Shown one piece after another: positions 12,590-24,819 of a stretch of 64,000 nt of DNA; the stretch's first letter is position 1; each line of letters starts with the position of its first letter. The DNA lies in the NCBI RefSeq assembly GCF_006345805.1, contig NC_043008.1:38998001-39062000 (forward strand), in the 5' to 3' direction. Both the position numbers and the translations under genes were made by a program. Origin of the DNA: Octopus sinensis. Taxonomy: Eukaryota. The notes below the pieces were generated by a model, which was not told the DNA's origin, searched no databases, and saw only the letters and a program-made list of their open reading frames with translations.

Positions 12590-13035
12590 CAAATTTTTTT
12601 TTTATGCATTTAACCCTCCATGTCGCATAATTTTTCGCTTCTGTACTTATACTCTGCCATGAATGTTCCCCTTTTTCTTGTTCCTTTTGTGTTGATCTAT
12701 GCCACGAGTTCTTAGGCCTACCTTTCTTTCTATATCCATCCGGATTCCACTGTAAAGCACTTTTCACTACATTTGGTGTGTCTTTTCTAATTGTGCTACC
12801 AATCCACTTCCACCTTTTCTTAAATATTTGCTCCCCAATCGAAAATTGATTTGTTCTTTGCCATAGCTCCATATTGCTTATGTGTTCGGGCCATCTAATT
12901 TTAAGTATACTACACAAGCATTTGTTGATGAATGATTGTATTTGCTCATTCGACTTAACTGTTGTTCGCCATGTCTCAGCCTCATACAATAACACTGCTT
13001 TTACGTTAGTGTTAAAACTTGTTATTTTGTTCTTT
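12590..13035 (-). pseudogene. RTE-clade LINE ORF C-terminal fragment
   Basis: NTNVKAVLLYEAETWRTTVKSNEQIQSFINKCLCSILKIRWPEHISNMELWQRTNQ...RWKWIG...ALQWNPDGYRKKGRPKNSW is the characteristic RTE post-RT region. Confidence 0.85.
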
Positions 13036-13925
13036 ATTGAAATTACAAAGTAAAAAATACGGGCAGGTGAAAGAGCAATGGTCTATGTGTATATGTTTAT
13101 AAACAGGGAGTGGGAAAGGTAGCTGGATACAGGTGCGTGCAAATGGAATCAAAGTTTCCAAGTGAAGTTCAATCTTGATATCCTTAAAATTTGTCGAAAA
13201 TGGGTATAGGTAGGAGGTGGGTTATCAGAGAGAGAAAGATTGTCAAGGGATGGGGCTACATGTATTTATGATAAAAGAACACTGTAGAACTTGCGTGCGT
13301 GTGTGTGTTTATATGTGAGTACACGAATTCAACGAAATGTCGGTTACTCATGTTTGGTTCGTTTGCATGTTTAAGTTTACTAGATAAATATTCTAGTGAT
13401 CATATAACAAACTAAATGCACAAGCAATGTGAGCATAATTAAATAAGAAATTTTAAAATTAACAAGTCAAAAAGAATTAATAATTTTTAAAAAATTGTGT
13501 TCCAGCCTTAAATTACCTCAACCTAAAATAATTTCATATTTCATAGAAGATTTAAATTTAATTTCTCAATCAATTATAGGGAAAAAAATTAGGGAAAAAC
13601 TTAGGTAAAAGCATTATCATTTTTTTACCTAAGTTTTTCCCTATATATTTTCTTTTGTTTTGGTTTCTATGGTAAACGTATCTGTTGCATACTTCTCATG
13701 TTCAGGGTTTATGTGTGCGTGAGTATGTGCGTGTATTCGTGTATGCGCATGTGTGAATGTGTGACATGCTTAGGTGCATGTCGTGACGATATATGTATGA
13801 CTTGTAGAGTATGTATATACAATTGTGAGATAAGTGTATTGACGAAGAGGTAAATATGGAATTATGAAAGACATATCCGTGAAGATATAACGTGTGCCTG
13901 CGTGTATGTATATATATATATATAT

Positions 13926-14458
13926 ATTTAAAATGAGGGTGAGAAATTGGATATTAATTAAATTAAATTAACATCAATTTAACACCAGTGGTCTAGCATA
14001 TTAAAATCTGAAAGTCCAGTAAATTGTATTATATATATATGAGAGGGATGACCACTATGTGGACAATCCTTATACTAGTAGTAGATCCATAGCGGATCTA
14101 CTTCTATTATAAGGGCTGTCCACACTATACCATGCTATACTATACTATACTATTCTATACTATACTATATTATACTACATTATACAATACTATATTCTGT
14201 GCTGACATTATACTGAATGCGTTCGATGAATGAACTTCGGATTTGAGCACGGCATTTCATCAGCACTTCGATAAACTGTCTTGTAACAAGTAACAGAACA
14301 ACTGTCACGACTCTGGACAATGGAGATGGAGCATTGAGAAAGGCCGATAAATATAGTGGAAACACAGGAAAAGATCATAGGCTACATGGCCTGCCAATCG
14401 CCTAGTTTGGATGGTCTGCTTTACATACATTTATATGCCAGGTTCGAACTTCTTATAT

Positions 14459-14493
<35 letters not shown>

Positions 14494-15021
14494 TATTTAA
14501 AATGAGGGTGAGAAATGGATATTAATTAAATTAAATTAACATCAATTTAACACCAGTGGTCTAGCATATTAAAATCTGAAAGTCCAGTAAATTGTATTAT
14601 ATATATATGAGAGGGATGACCACTATGTGGACAATCCTTATACTAGTAGTAGATCCATAGCGGATCTACTTCTATTATAAGGGCTGTCCACACTATACCA
14701 TGCTATACTATACTATATATTCTATACTATACTATATTATACTACATTATACAATACTATATTCTGTGCTGACATTATACTGAATGCGTTCGATGAATGA
14801 ACTTCGGATTTGAGCACGGCATTTCATCAGCACTTCGATAAACTGTCTTGTAACAAGTAACAGAACAACTGTCACGACTCTGGACAATGGAGATGGAGCA
14901 TTGAGAAAGGCCGATAAATATAGTGGAAACACAGGAAAAGATCATAGGCTACATGGCCTGCCAATCGCCTAGTTTGGATGGTCTGCTTTACATACATTTA
15001 TATGCCAGGTTCGAACTTCTT
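13926..15021 (+). repeat. Near-identical tandem duplication of a ~530-bp unit (13926-14454; 14495-15021) bounded by (TA)n
   Basis: Identical ORF translations at 14180-14365 and 14747-14932 (offset 567). Only a few indel differences. Confidence 0.95.
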
Positions 15022-15023
15022 AT

Positions 15024-15091
<68 letters not shown>

Positions 15092-16226
15092 CATCTGGCA
15101 AGCTATGTCGAGCCAGTGTGGCAGAGTGCGTTCATCACACCAATTTGATCTCAAGATCAAATTCACGGCTTCCACATCGGACTGTGGTTGGTGGAGAGAA
15201 CTTGCTGAGGCTTTCGCCTTGCAATGAACTGAACATAGGCAATCCACTCCAATGAAATATGTGTGTGTGTGCATGCGCATGTGCGTGTCTGTGTGTATAA
15301 AGAGGAACAAGGACAGAGTGGGTCATAAGAATCTAGAAACTTCGAGAGAACATGAAGCAGATCGTATTTAGAACGATTTAACTCGAAGCTGATCAAGCAA
15401 TGAAGGTGTAAAATTGAGTTGTAAAGCTATTTGGGTAGAAAAAAAAATCGAAGGATTGCTTTGATCCAATGGTCGAAAGCCTGCAAGAAATCTGGTTCGA
15501 ATCTTATAGGCAGCTTTCGACTTTTTCTATCCAAAGCGTTTTTTAACACAATATTTATAGGCTATTATCATAGCTTTATCTGATTCGAGTTTAACGCTAC
15601 CCACCTCCAAAATCTGAATGTGTGTGTATGTGTGTGTGGCGGGGGGTTACGTGTGTGTATCTGCGCATGCATGTGGTTACCACACGAAAAAGAAACAGTG
15701 CTATGAGATATTTTGTGTCAGTATAAAATTTTGTGACCAGTATAAAATTCAACAATATATATCCAACAAAGAACTTCAATCTCTTTTGAGATCGCACACC
15801 GAATGTCATTCGATCTGATATCGATTGGAATTTCTGAACAATATCCAATTGCTACAATATATTGTGAGATTGTATCGATCTAAGGGTTCAGTAAATATGT
15901 TCATGAAGAACTAACAACTGATTGATTACGTGTGAGATAAGATGGAGTACAGAGAAGAAGAGCTATATTGATTTTTCCCATCATTCCTTTCACTCCAATA
16001 TCGTGGGTCAGTGTATGTCAACACAATCGGCTCTCCTTGTTCTAGTTCCGTTTCTTAGCAGTGTATGCAAGTTGTGGCTATGCGTATGTGTGTGTGGATG
16101 CTTGTATATACAATGCATGCCTATGTATATATATATGTATATGCATATATACATCCACACATGCAAATATGTATGTATATATATATATATTTGTGCATAT
16201 ATATATATACATATATGTACATATAC

Positions 16227-16265
<39 letters not shown>

Positions 16266-16435
16266 TATATATCATGCATCATATACATATATACATATAT
16301 TTATAAAACCTATATATATATATGCATGTATATATATATATATAATATATATATATATATATTATATATATATATATATCATGCATCATATACATATATA
16401 CATATATTTATAAAACCTATATATATATATGCATG

Positions 16436-16475
<40 letters not shown>

Positions 16476-16701
16476 CATACACATATACTATATAATATAT
16501 AATATATATAGTAGATAGTACATGACATCTATATATACATACATACATATATATATAAATATATATATATTATAAACATAATATATAAAAACACATAACT
16601 GTATATATGTATGTATATGTGTGACAGTATAAATGCATATTTAGATGAATGCATATACGTGTGTGTGTGTGTGTGATTGTATGTGTGAGCGTGTGTGTGA
16701 G

Positions 16702-16741
<40 letters not shown>

Positions 16742-17171
16742 TGTGTGTGTGTGTGTGTACGTACATACTGACATATTTACAATGGCCAATAAAAAGGGAA
16801 GATAGGTTAGTTATGAAAGAATGTTGGAGAGGGTTTCTTCTTTACTTTCTTTCCGCAATCTCCGCCAAAACAATGCTGGATTATTGTCTTTTGGAATGAG
16901 CGTAACATAGGAATATATTTGGGTAACTGCGAATGTCTATAAACGGATTTATGCTAATATGAATATATGTAGATGTGTATGTATATGTATATCTAAATGT
17001 CCATGCGTATGTATGTATGTATGTATGTATGTATGTATGTATGTATGTATGTATGTATGTATGTTAGGAATCAATATATAAGACTGTATACGGCTATTTC
17101 CTATTTTAGTAGGATTGGGAACTGAGAGCGTTTCAATATACACTTCGTACTGTGTGTGTGTGTGTGTGTGT

Positions 17172-17208
<37 letters not shown>

Positions 17209-17467
17209 TAGAGAAATATTTACGAAGGATACAACGCGCCGTAGAGGACTTGAAGATCTACATATCTGATAAGAGAATCAACTTTTATATTGCAATTAGT
17301 GTTCTTGTTGGTATTAAGTAAAAGATTATTTTACAGAACTGGTGGAACGCTATTGTAAATGAATTGTGATATTTAGCTTTTCTCGGTTACGTTTTGAGTT
17401 CGAATCCCGAGGTCGAGTTAGGACTTTTTCTCTTCTCTATTGAATAAAATAAACGCCTATCAACAAT

Positions 17468-17850
17468 GGCGTAGGAGTGGCTTGCCAATCACATGGTTCC
17501 GGGTTCAGTCCCACTACGTGGCACTTTGGGCAAATGTCTTCTACTATAGCCTCGGGCCGACCAAAACCTTGTGAGTGGATTTGGTAGACGGAAACTGAAA
17601 GAACCCCGTCGTATATATGTATATGTATATATATATATGCGTATGTGTGTATGTATTTGTGTGTCTGTGTTTGTCCCCCCAACATCGCTTGACAACCGAT
17701 GCTGGTGTGTTTACGTCCCCGTAACTTAGTGGTTCGGAAAAAGAGACCGATAGAATAAGTACTAGGCTTACAAAGAATAAGTTCCGGGGTCGATTTGCTC
17801 GACTAAAGGCGGTGCCCCAGTATGGCCACTGTCAAATGACTGAAAAACGA
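17468..17850 (+). mobile_element. SINE family B, near full length
   Basis: ggcgtaggagtggct...gggttcagtcccactacgtggcactttgggcaa...ggcggtgccccagtatggccactgtcaaatgactga. Confidence 0.85.
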
Positions 17851-17984
17851 AAAAAAATACATACATACATACATACGTAATTACATACGACGGACATCTT
17901 TCAGCTTCTGTCTAACAAATCTCATAAGACTTTGTTGATTCCGGGACTTTAGTAGAAAACTCTTGCCCAAGGTGCCACTAAGTT

Positions 17985-18262
17985 ACGGGGACGTAAACAC
18001 ACCAGCATCGGTTGTCAAGCGATGTTGGGGGGACAAACACAGACACACAAATACATACACACACACGCACATATATATATATATACATATACATATATAC
18101 GACGGGCTTCTTTCAGTTTCCGTCTACCATATCCACTCACAAGGCTTTGGTCGGCCCGAGGCTATAGTAGAAGATACTTGCCGAAGGTGCCACGCAGTGG
18201 GACTGAACCCGGGACCAGGTGGTTCGTAGGCAAACTACTTATCACACAGCCACTCCTACGCC
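17985..18262 (-). mobile_element. SINE family B, 3'-truncated, inverted relative to neighbours
   Basis: Reverse complement begins ggcgtaggagtggctgtgtgataagtag and runs to tttacgtccccgtaact. Confidence 0.85.
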
Positions 18263-18409
18263 TATGTATGTATATATGTATATATGTATGTGTGGATGGA
18301 TGGATGGATGCAAACATCTACGTATGTATGTATGTATGTATGTATGTATGTATGTATGTATGTATGTATGTATGTATGTATGTATGTATGCACCTACTTA
18401 TGTACGTAT

Positions 18410-18610
18410 GCGTGTCTTTGTGTTTATCTTCCACCACCGATTGACAACGGGTTGGTTTGTTTACGTCAAGGTAAATTAGCGGTTCGTCCAAAGAGACATA
18501 TAGAATAAGATGCAAGCTTTAAAAACATAAGTTCTGGGTTCGATTCCTTTGATTAAATCCCTTCAAGGCCGTGCTCCAGCATGGCCACAGTCCAATGACT
18601 AAAACGAGTA
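18410..18610 (+). mobile_element. SINE family B, 3' half
   Basis: ccaccaccgattgacaac...aaggccgtgctccagcatggccacagtccaatgacta. Confidence 0.7.
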
Positions 18611-19210
18611 TACGACAAAGGATATTTAGTCTTTGTTTAATCACAAATATATATTTAATCAAATTCTAAACATGTATTTATTTATTTATTTACAATAATC
18701 TATAATACATGTACGATTGCATATTTAATTTTCTCATTTTCATTTAGCATATTTCGTAGATATTTAGATCCTATTTCTGAAATGTTATCAGTATTATTAT
18801 TATTATTATTTTTATCTTTGTATGTTGCGTAACTGTTGTTTGTCAATTTATCTAATCATAGAAGACGTAGTTCACCCGATGCAATTCCGATTTCAATTTA
18901 TATTGCTTCATTGCTTGTGGCGCAGTGTATCGATAGAGAACAACTTCTACTTCCTTGGTAGATACAAATGCAAACACAGAGATAAATGAATAATACATGT
19001 ATACATGTTATTTGTATGTTTGCATATATCTATATACATGTATGTATGCATGTGTACATACAAGCACACACGCAAACGTACTCACGTATATACATACAAA
19101 TTCATTCATGAGTACATATATTCATTATACATACATTTACATAAGTATATTTATATTATGATATATACGTATGTATGTATGTATGTATGTATGTATGTAT
19201 GTATGTATGT

Positions 19211-19389
<179 letters not shown>

Positions 19390-19550
19390 TGTTTCTTTAT
19401 TAGCCACACAGGACTGGACACAAACGGGACAAATTACAAAGTAGAGCTTTTCTTTTTAGGGAGAAAAAAAATGGGGTAGGTTTACGATCAAAAGGGATCG
19501 TCGAAAGGAAAAAAAGCAAGAAAGAAGAAAAGAAAAAAGAAAAGAAATAA

Positions 19551-19621
<71 letters not shown>

Positions 19622-19769
19622 TATTTACATGAATGTATGTATGCATGTATGTATGTAACATAGGTTTGAAATCGCTTAAACAGTAAATTAAGAGACGACG
19701 AATAATTCTGCCAAGAATTATGAAACAAAATCATATGAAAACAAAATGAGAGAGAAAATATCAAATTGA

Positions 19770-21150
19770 GAAACCAGAGCTATAGACAATATACAAACAA
19801 ACCAAGAAGTTTTCTAGAAATTTACGGAGAAACATTTTGTGACAAAGTATTATTTCCAAGTTCGGCAAAGTGAGTTCTTTGCCACAAGAGCGCAACTTAG
19901 GTAGGCGACAAACATCCATCGATTGATGCAAAAGATTACATTTGAGCATTATGTCTGAAACAGGTCCCAATGGATTCTTTGCAATCTTCCGTAATAAATG
20001 TTAACGAGCGTTAACTAAGTTACTCCAGATACATGATACTAAGTTACTCCAGATGTAAGTGGATTATTCTAGAAAAAAGTCAAGTTGGAAAATGACTTGC
20101 TGACTAACAGCACAGTTCTCACTCTGAAAGAAGCTTCTTTGCACAGCTCCTGCAGCCCAAATCTATTATATGTATTAACACCCCAAATATATCTATATCT
20201 ATTAACACCTCAAGTATATCTATATCTATTAACACCCCAAATCTATTATATGTACTTATTTTGCGAAAGCCTTCGATAAATTTGTTCAATCTGTTGTGAG
20301 CCCACACCGTTTTGTCTCGGCCTAATTAGGGTGCTGGGAAATCAGTTAAATACCTTTTTTAAGAGCAAGAAGTCAGACATTTGTGCTCTATTGTGTTCTC
20401 TCAAAGAAGAGTCTGATTTTGAGTGGAGCTATATAGGGAACTATCTTGGTTGTTCTGTAGGATATGCCCTCATTTATACAAACATCCACTCTCACTAACT
20501 ACGCTGGTAATGCAAAATAGAATGAAGATCCTCGGTTATGCTGCAAAACTACTGCAAGTCTTTAATGTAATCTTGGGCCTGCAATTTAACGCTGGAAAAT
20601 CCCGAGCTTTTCGCTTTTGGCACACAAAATCTCCCAAACAAATATATACACATTGACTGGAGGGGTTACAGTTCTAGAGCCGCTATCAGTCATGACCTGG
20701 AAAGTGGGTAAATATGAGAAATGAAGCTTCTTTTCATGTACATATTACCAAAATGAAAACGTTGTACAAAAGGCTGTCGCCTGTACTATTGTTCATAGAT
20801 TGTGTCGCTGTACATTATTAAAATAACTGCACATGAAGAAACAATACAGCGACGCTTCATCAAGGAGATTATCTCGTCTCAGGCAACAGCTAAGCAACTG
20901 GAAAAGCTTGATGTTTAAACTCTACTCACTGGAGAGAAGATGGGAAAGATAAGCAGTGATCTATAGACGGAAATCCTTGAAGGGACTAAACTACAGTATT
21001 GAGAGCTGTACAAAACTCCGAATTTATCATCACTGCAGTGTCCCGAATGTCCTACCATCATCATCAGAAATTAGGACAGCATACTACCATAGTCTAAGAC
21101 GCAAAGCCCTGCTGCTATTCACTATCTTTCCAAACAAAGGAGTAATTGTA
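19770..21150 (+). pseudogene. Highly degenerate CR1-superclade LINE ORF2 (RT) fragment
   Basis: Motifs in order across frames: RAIDNIQTN, GPNGFFAIFRNKC, YL(D)FAKAFDK, SGAI*GTIL (SGVPQGTVL), YAGNAK (YADD), LQFNAGK, LYSLERR, LLFTIFP (QLFNILP). Confidence 0.75.
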
Positions 21151-21545
21151 TAGGCGTGGTAAGTAGCTTGTTTACCAACCATATGGTTCCAGGTTCAGTC
21201 CCACTGCGTAGATTTCGGGCAAGTGTCTTCTGCTATAGACTCGGGCCGACCAAAGCCTTGTGAGTGGATTTGATAGACGGAAACTGAAAGAAGCTCGTCG
21301 TATATATGTATATGTATATGAGTATGTGTATATTTCGTGTGTCTGTGTTTGTCCCCCCAACATCGCTTGGCAACCGATGCTGGTGTGTTTGCGTCTCCGT
21401 AACTTAGCGGTTCGGCAAAATAGACCGATAGAATAAGTACTAGGCTTACAAAGAATATGTCCTGAGGTCGATTTGCTCGACTAAAGGCGGTGCTCCAGCA
21501 TGGCCACAGTCAAATGACTGAAACAATTAAAAGAGTAGAAAAAGA
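21150..21545 (+). mobile_element. SINE family B
   Basis: Family B body with tail ggcggtgctccagcatggccacagtcaaatgactgaaac and (gagtaaaa) repeats. Confidence 0.85.
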
Positions 21546-21796
21546 GAGTAAAGAGTAATGAATGTGAATGTGAATGTGTTCAAGAAACAGCCAAATACTC
21601 TAATATATGCGATTCCAGACGACTCAACGCAAAACAAGAAACACAACCGAGGGCAGCGATATCAAACTCATTTGTCAAAAGCCCTGAGCTGTTGTAAAAG
21701 TACTAACTGCATAGCCGGTGCTGCAACATAACCGCAGCCCTTGAGTTGGAACAAATAACCCAATGAAGCGAGACAGTAAAGAATAAAGACGTATAT

Positions 21797-22110
21797 GGAG
21801 ATACATGGCCTAGTGGTTAGAGCAGCGGACTCACAGTCGAGGGATCGCGGGTTCGAATCTCAGACCGGGTGATTTGTGTTTTTATGAGCGAAACACCTAA
21901 GCTCCATGCGGCTACTGCAAAAGGTAATGGCGAACTTCTGCTGACTCTTTCGCCACAACTTTCTCTCACTCTTTCTTCCTGCATCTTGCAACTCACCTGC
22001 GACGGATCGTCGTCCCATCCAGGTGGGGAACCTATACGCCAAGGAAACCGGGAAACCGGCCCTTATGAGCCAGGCATAACTCGATAAGGAACAAACAATA
22101 TAGACGTATA
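21797..22110 (+). mobile_element. tRNA-derived SINE (family D), full length
   Basis: ggagatacatggcctagtggttagagcagcggactcacag...gggttcgaatctcag (A/B boxes). The 3' part ctgcgacggatcgtcgtcccatccagg...gaaaccgggaaaccgg is shared with 48205-48440. Confidence 0.8.
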
Positions 22111-22279
22111 CGTTAGCATCCCCATAACGGAGACCAAACTTGAAGTTGTGCCCAGAAGAGAAACGCATTCCTCTACTATAGATTAAACTGCTATGTATGC
22201 GTGCATAATTTTAAAACTGGCACTGATTTTGGTGACGGAAAATCAGTACAGTAATGTGCCCAAAAGGAATGTGCACGAG

Positions 22280-22760
22280 TGTTATAACTGACTGGTATAA
22301 GGGTTGAGAGATGTGCATTATATGTGAAGTGTGTAAGGCTTCGCTTCTTATCGTCTTTAATTTAGAGTTGACGATAGAGATGTTAAACCCACGGAAATCG
22401 ACAAAGGAAGATTTGTTATTCGAAAGAAATAATAATGGTGGTAGAAAACTAAACGGTAACTGGGTTCATCTCTCACTGAAGATAATGCCGCTGTGATGCA
22501 ATGGAAAAGGAATCACAGATCTAGAACTGATTGCCCCTGTCTTCATGTGCAGCAGTGCAAGAAAATCAACCACTCTTTGATCATCATCATCATTAAGAGA
22601 GAATATGAAACTGGTTCAGTGATTCATTCGGATGAATGGTTTTGTGCATGGAAATCTATGTCATTTGATAACCTCTAACGTAAGTTGGTGTAGCAGCAAA
22701 CAAGCAGGTGATTGAAAAATCGTGTATGGATGGGAAAACATGCGGCATAAAAAAATATAA
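22280..22760 (+). pseudogene. Merlin (IS1595/ISXO2-like) DDE transposase remnant
   Basis: VITDWY...CEVC, EID...RNNNGGRKLNGNWV, IIKREYETGSVIHSDEW and QVIEKS match Merlin DWxxFCREVC...EIDE...RKYNRGR...GxWV...PGSxIHSDEWxAY...TQxIE. Frameshifted. Confidence 0.65.
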
Positions 22761-22769
22761 CAACAACGA

Positions 22770-22777
22770 AGATGATA

Positions 22778-22841
<64 letters not shown>

Positions 22842-22961
22842 CGACGATGATGATGATGATGATGATGACGATGATGACGATGATGATGATGGTGGTGGTG
22901 GTGATGGTGGTGATGATGATGATGGTGGTGGTGGTGGTGGTGGTGGTGGTGGTGGTGGTGG

Positions 22962-22992
<31 letters not shown>

Positions 22993-23105
22993 GGTGGTGA
23001 TGATGGTGATGATGAGGATGATGATGGTGGTGGTGGTGGTGGTGGTGGTGATGATGATGGTGATGATGATGATGATGGTGATGATGACGGTGGTGATGAT
23101 GATGA
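22770..23105 (+). repeat. Compound (GAT)n/(GGT)n trinucleotide microsatellite
   Basis: Directly visible. Explains the poly-D/G, poly-M and poly-I/T ORFs. Confidence 0.95.
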
Positions 23106-23444
23106 GAGGTGTTAACGTTGAGCTCTTTGAATCACACCACAATGTGAATAACGCACTATAAACAGGTGTACACGATTTATTTGTGACATCAGAATGATAT
23201 ACGAAATGTATATCGTTAACAGATTTAAGTGTAAACGATAAAGAAGATTGCCAGGAAAATATATGATATTAATATTAATGATATAGAAGAAGTTTTTTCT
23301 AAAACATGATAAAGGATGTGGTTATTAATACATTATGACTCAGAGTGAAAATTCCGCTATAATCCAACTTTTGTTTCGCTAATAAGATTATGATTAATTA
23401 AATTAAATAAAACAATAATTCTTATCTACCTTGCATTGAAAATA

Positions 23445-24592
23445 CGAGGTGGTATCAAACGTTCCAGGACTAGATCTGTATCGCGCCAACAGATGGCGGC
23501 ACACGGCCACCTGCGTAGTGACAGCTAGCGGTGACCTTCACGAGACAGTGTTCCGAGTGAAATCGCTGTTTACTTAGCAAGTTGTGAAATTTGTGTTTTT
23601 CTGATTACGTATATGCTGTACTTTGCGATTTTGTCATGGACAGGATCAAAAAGCCAACGTGAAATTTTGCGTTAAACTTGGGAAGTCTGCTACAGAGACA
23701 CTGAGCGTACTAACGGAGGAATTTGAACCCAGAACGCGAAGACTGGCAAAATACCTATTTCTTTACTACCCACAAGGGGCTAAACACAGAGAGGACAAAC
23801 AAGGACAGACAAACGGATTAAGTCGATTACATCGACACCAGTGCGTAACTGGTACTTATTTAATCGACCTCGGAAGTACAAAAGGCAAAGTCGACCTCAG
23901 CGGAATTTGAACTCAGAATGTAGCGGCAGACGAAATACCGCTAAGCATTTCGCCCGGCGTGCCGACGTTTCTGCTAGCTCGCCACCTTCAACCAGCTCGC
24001 GAGGCAAAGGGTCATACGTAATGTTTAGAGGGGCACAGGCGCTTTAAGAGCGGAAGCACGTCCCTAGAAGACGATGAGGGATCTGGAAGAACTGGTACGA
24101 GCGTTGTCCGCGGAAATACGGTATTGTGCATAGAGGATTCGTTCCCCAAGGCCAGACTCCCAATCGAGTGTTCGACTGCGACATTTTGAAACGTTTGAGA
24201 GACATTTGATGGAAGCGACTGGATCTGTAGAGTGCGAAGAATTGGATCCTTCGCGACGACAATGCACCCCGTCACCGAGCTCTGCTCACTCGTGACTTTC
24301 TCTCCCAAAACAACATATTTAGCACCTGCGGACTTCAATCTTTTCCTTAGATAAGAATGCAGCTCAAAGGTCACCGTTTCAACACATTTGTTGAGACCCA
24401 GAGCGAATTGTAGGTACTCTACTCGCTTACAGAAAACAACTTCCAGATCTGTTCTCAGAAGTGGAAGTTACGTTGAGAACAGTGCATTGAAGCGTAAGGG
24501 GACTATTTCGAAGGAGATAATTAAAAAACTTAGGTAAATAAGTTATTTTTTATTAAACTTAACTAGTCCGGGAACATTTTGATACCAACTTG
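23445..24592 (+). mobile_element. Internally deleted mariner-family transposon with both TIRs and TA TSD
   Basis: Left TA-cgaggtggtatcaaacgttccaggactag; right ctagtccgggaacattttgataccaacttg-TA. Translations KANVKFCVKLGKSATETLS, HRRFKSG.TSLEDDEGSGR, GIVHRGFVPQGQT, WILRDDNAP, QLKGHRF and GDYFEGDN*. Confidence 0.9.
23715..23990 (-). mobile_element. SINE family C (~1.3 units) inserted in the mariner
   Basis: Reverse complement: ggtggcgagctagcagaaacgtcggcacgccgggcgaaatgcttagcggtatttcgtc...gagttcaaattccgctgaggtcgactttgcc...aaagaaataggtattttgcc. Confidence 0.85.
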
Positions 24593-24599
24593 TATGTAT

Positions 24600-24810
24600 G
24601 TAGACCGCGTGTGTACCGTTGGCGATTTTTCTCCCTCCGTCTTCCTTTCTTTGGATCTTTCCTTTTCCTATGTTTCTGACGAAGAGCTTCGCTCGAAACG
24701 TTAAACCATCTTTCTTTCCTTCCTTTCCTGAGCGTCCAATAATACTATACTTGTTCCACGTCCTCGCGTTGTTGTGTTTTCTCTTTGTGTTTTCATGTTT
24801 GGATTTACTA
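24600..24810 (+). mobile_element. Penelope-like pLTR/non-autonomous fragment carrying a hammerhead motif (24671-24706)
   Basis: TGTTT CTGACGA A GAGC-TTC-GCTC GAA ACGT T AAAC. Core intact, palindromic stem III, 4-bp stem I. Confidence 0.7.
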
Positions 24811-24819
24811 TATGTATAT

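Noticed and set aside
14225-14270. Hammerhead-like CTGATGA on the minus strand (also 10715-10745, 35660-35725, 45970-46000)
   Set aside because: Stem II does not pair or the core/GAAA is broken. At best these are heavily decayed remnants.
21797-21870. tRNA-like sequences (also 2480-2553, 48205-48275, 46435-46497)
   Set aside because: A/B boxes continue directly into SINE bodies and the cloverleaf acceptor stems are not intact. These are SINE heads, not tRNA genes.
22675-23161. Poly-D/G, poly-M/V and poly-I/T ORFs
   Set aside because: Reading frames of a (GAT)n/(GGT)n expansion. The same applies to 27537-27994, 44799-45337 and 49744-50289.
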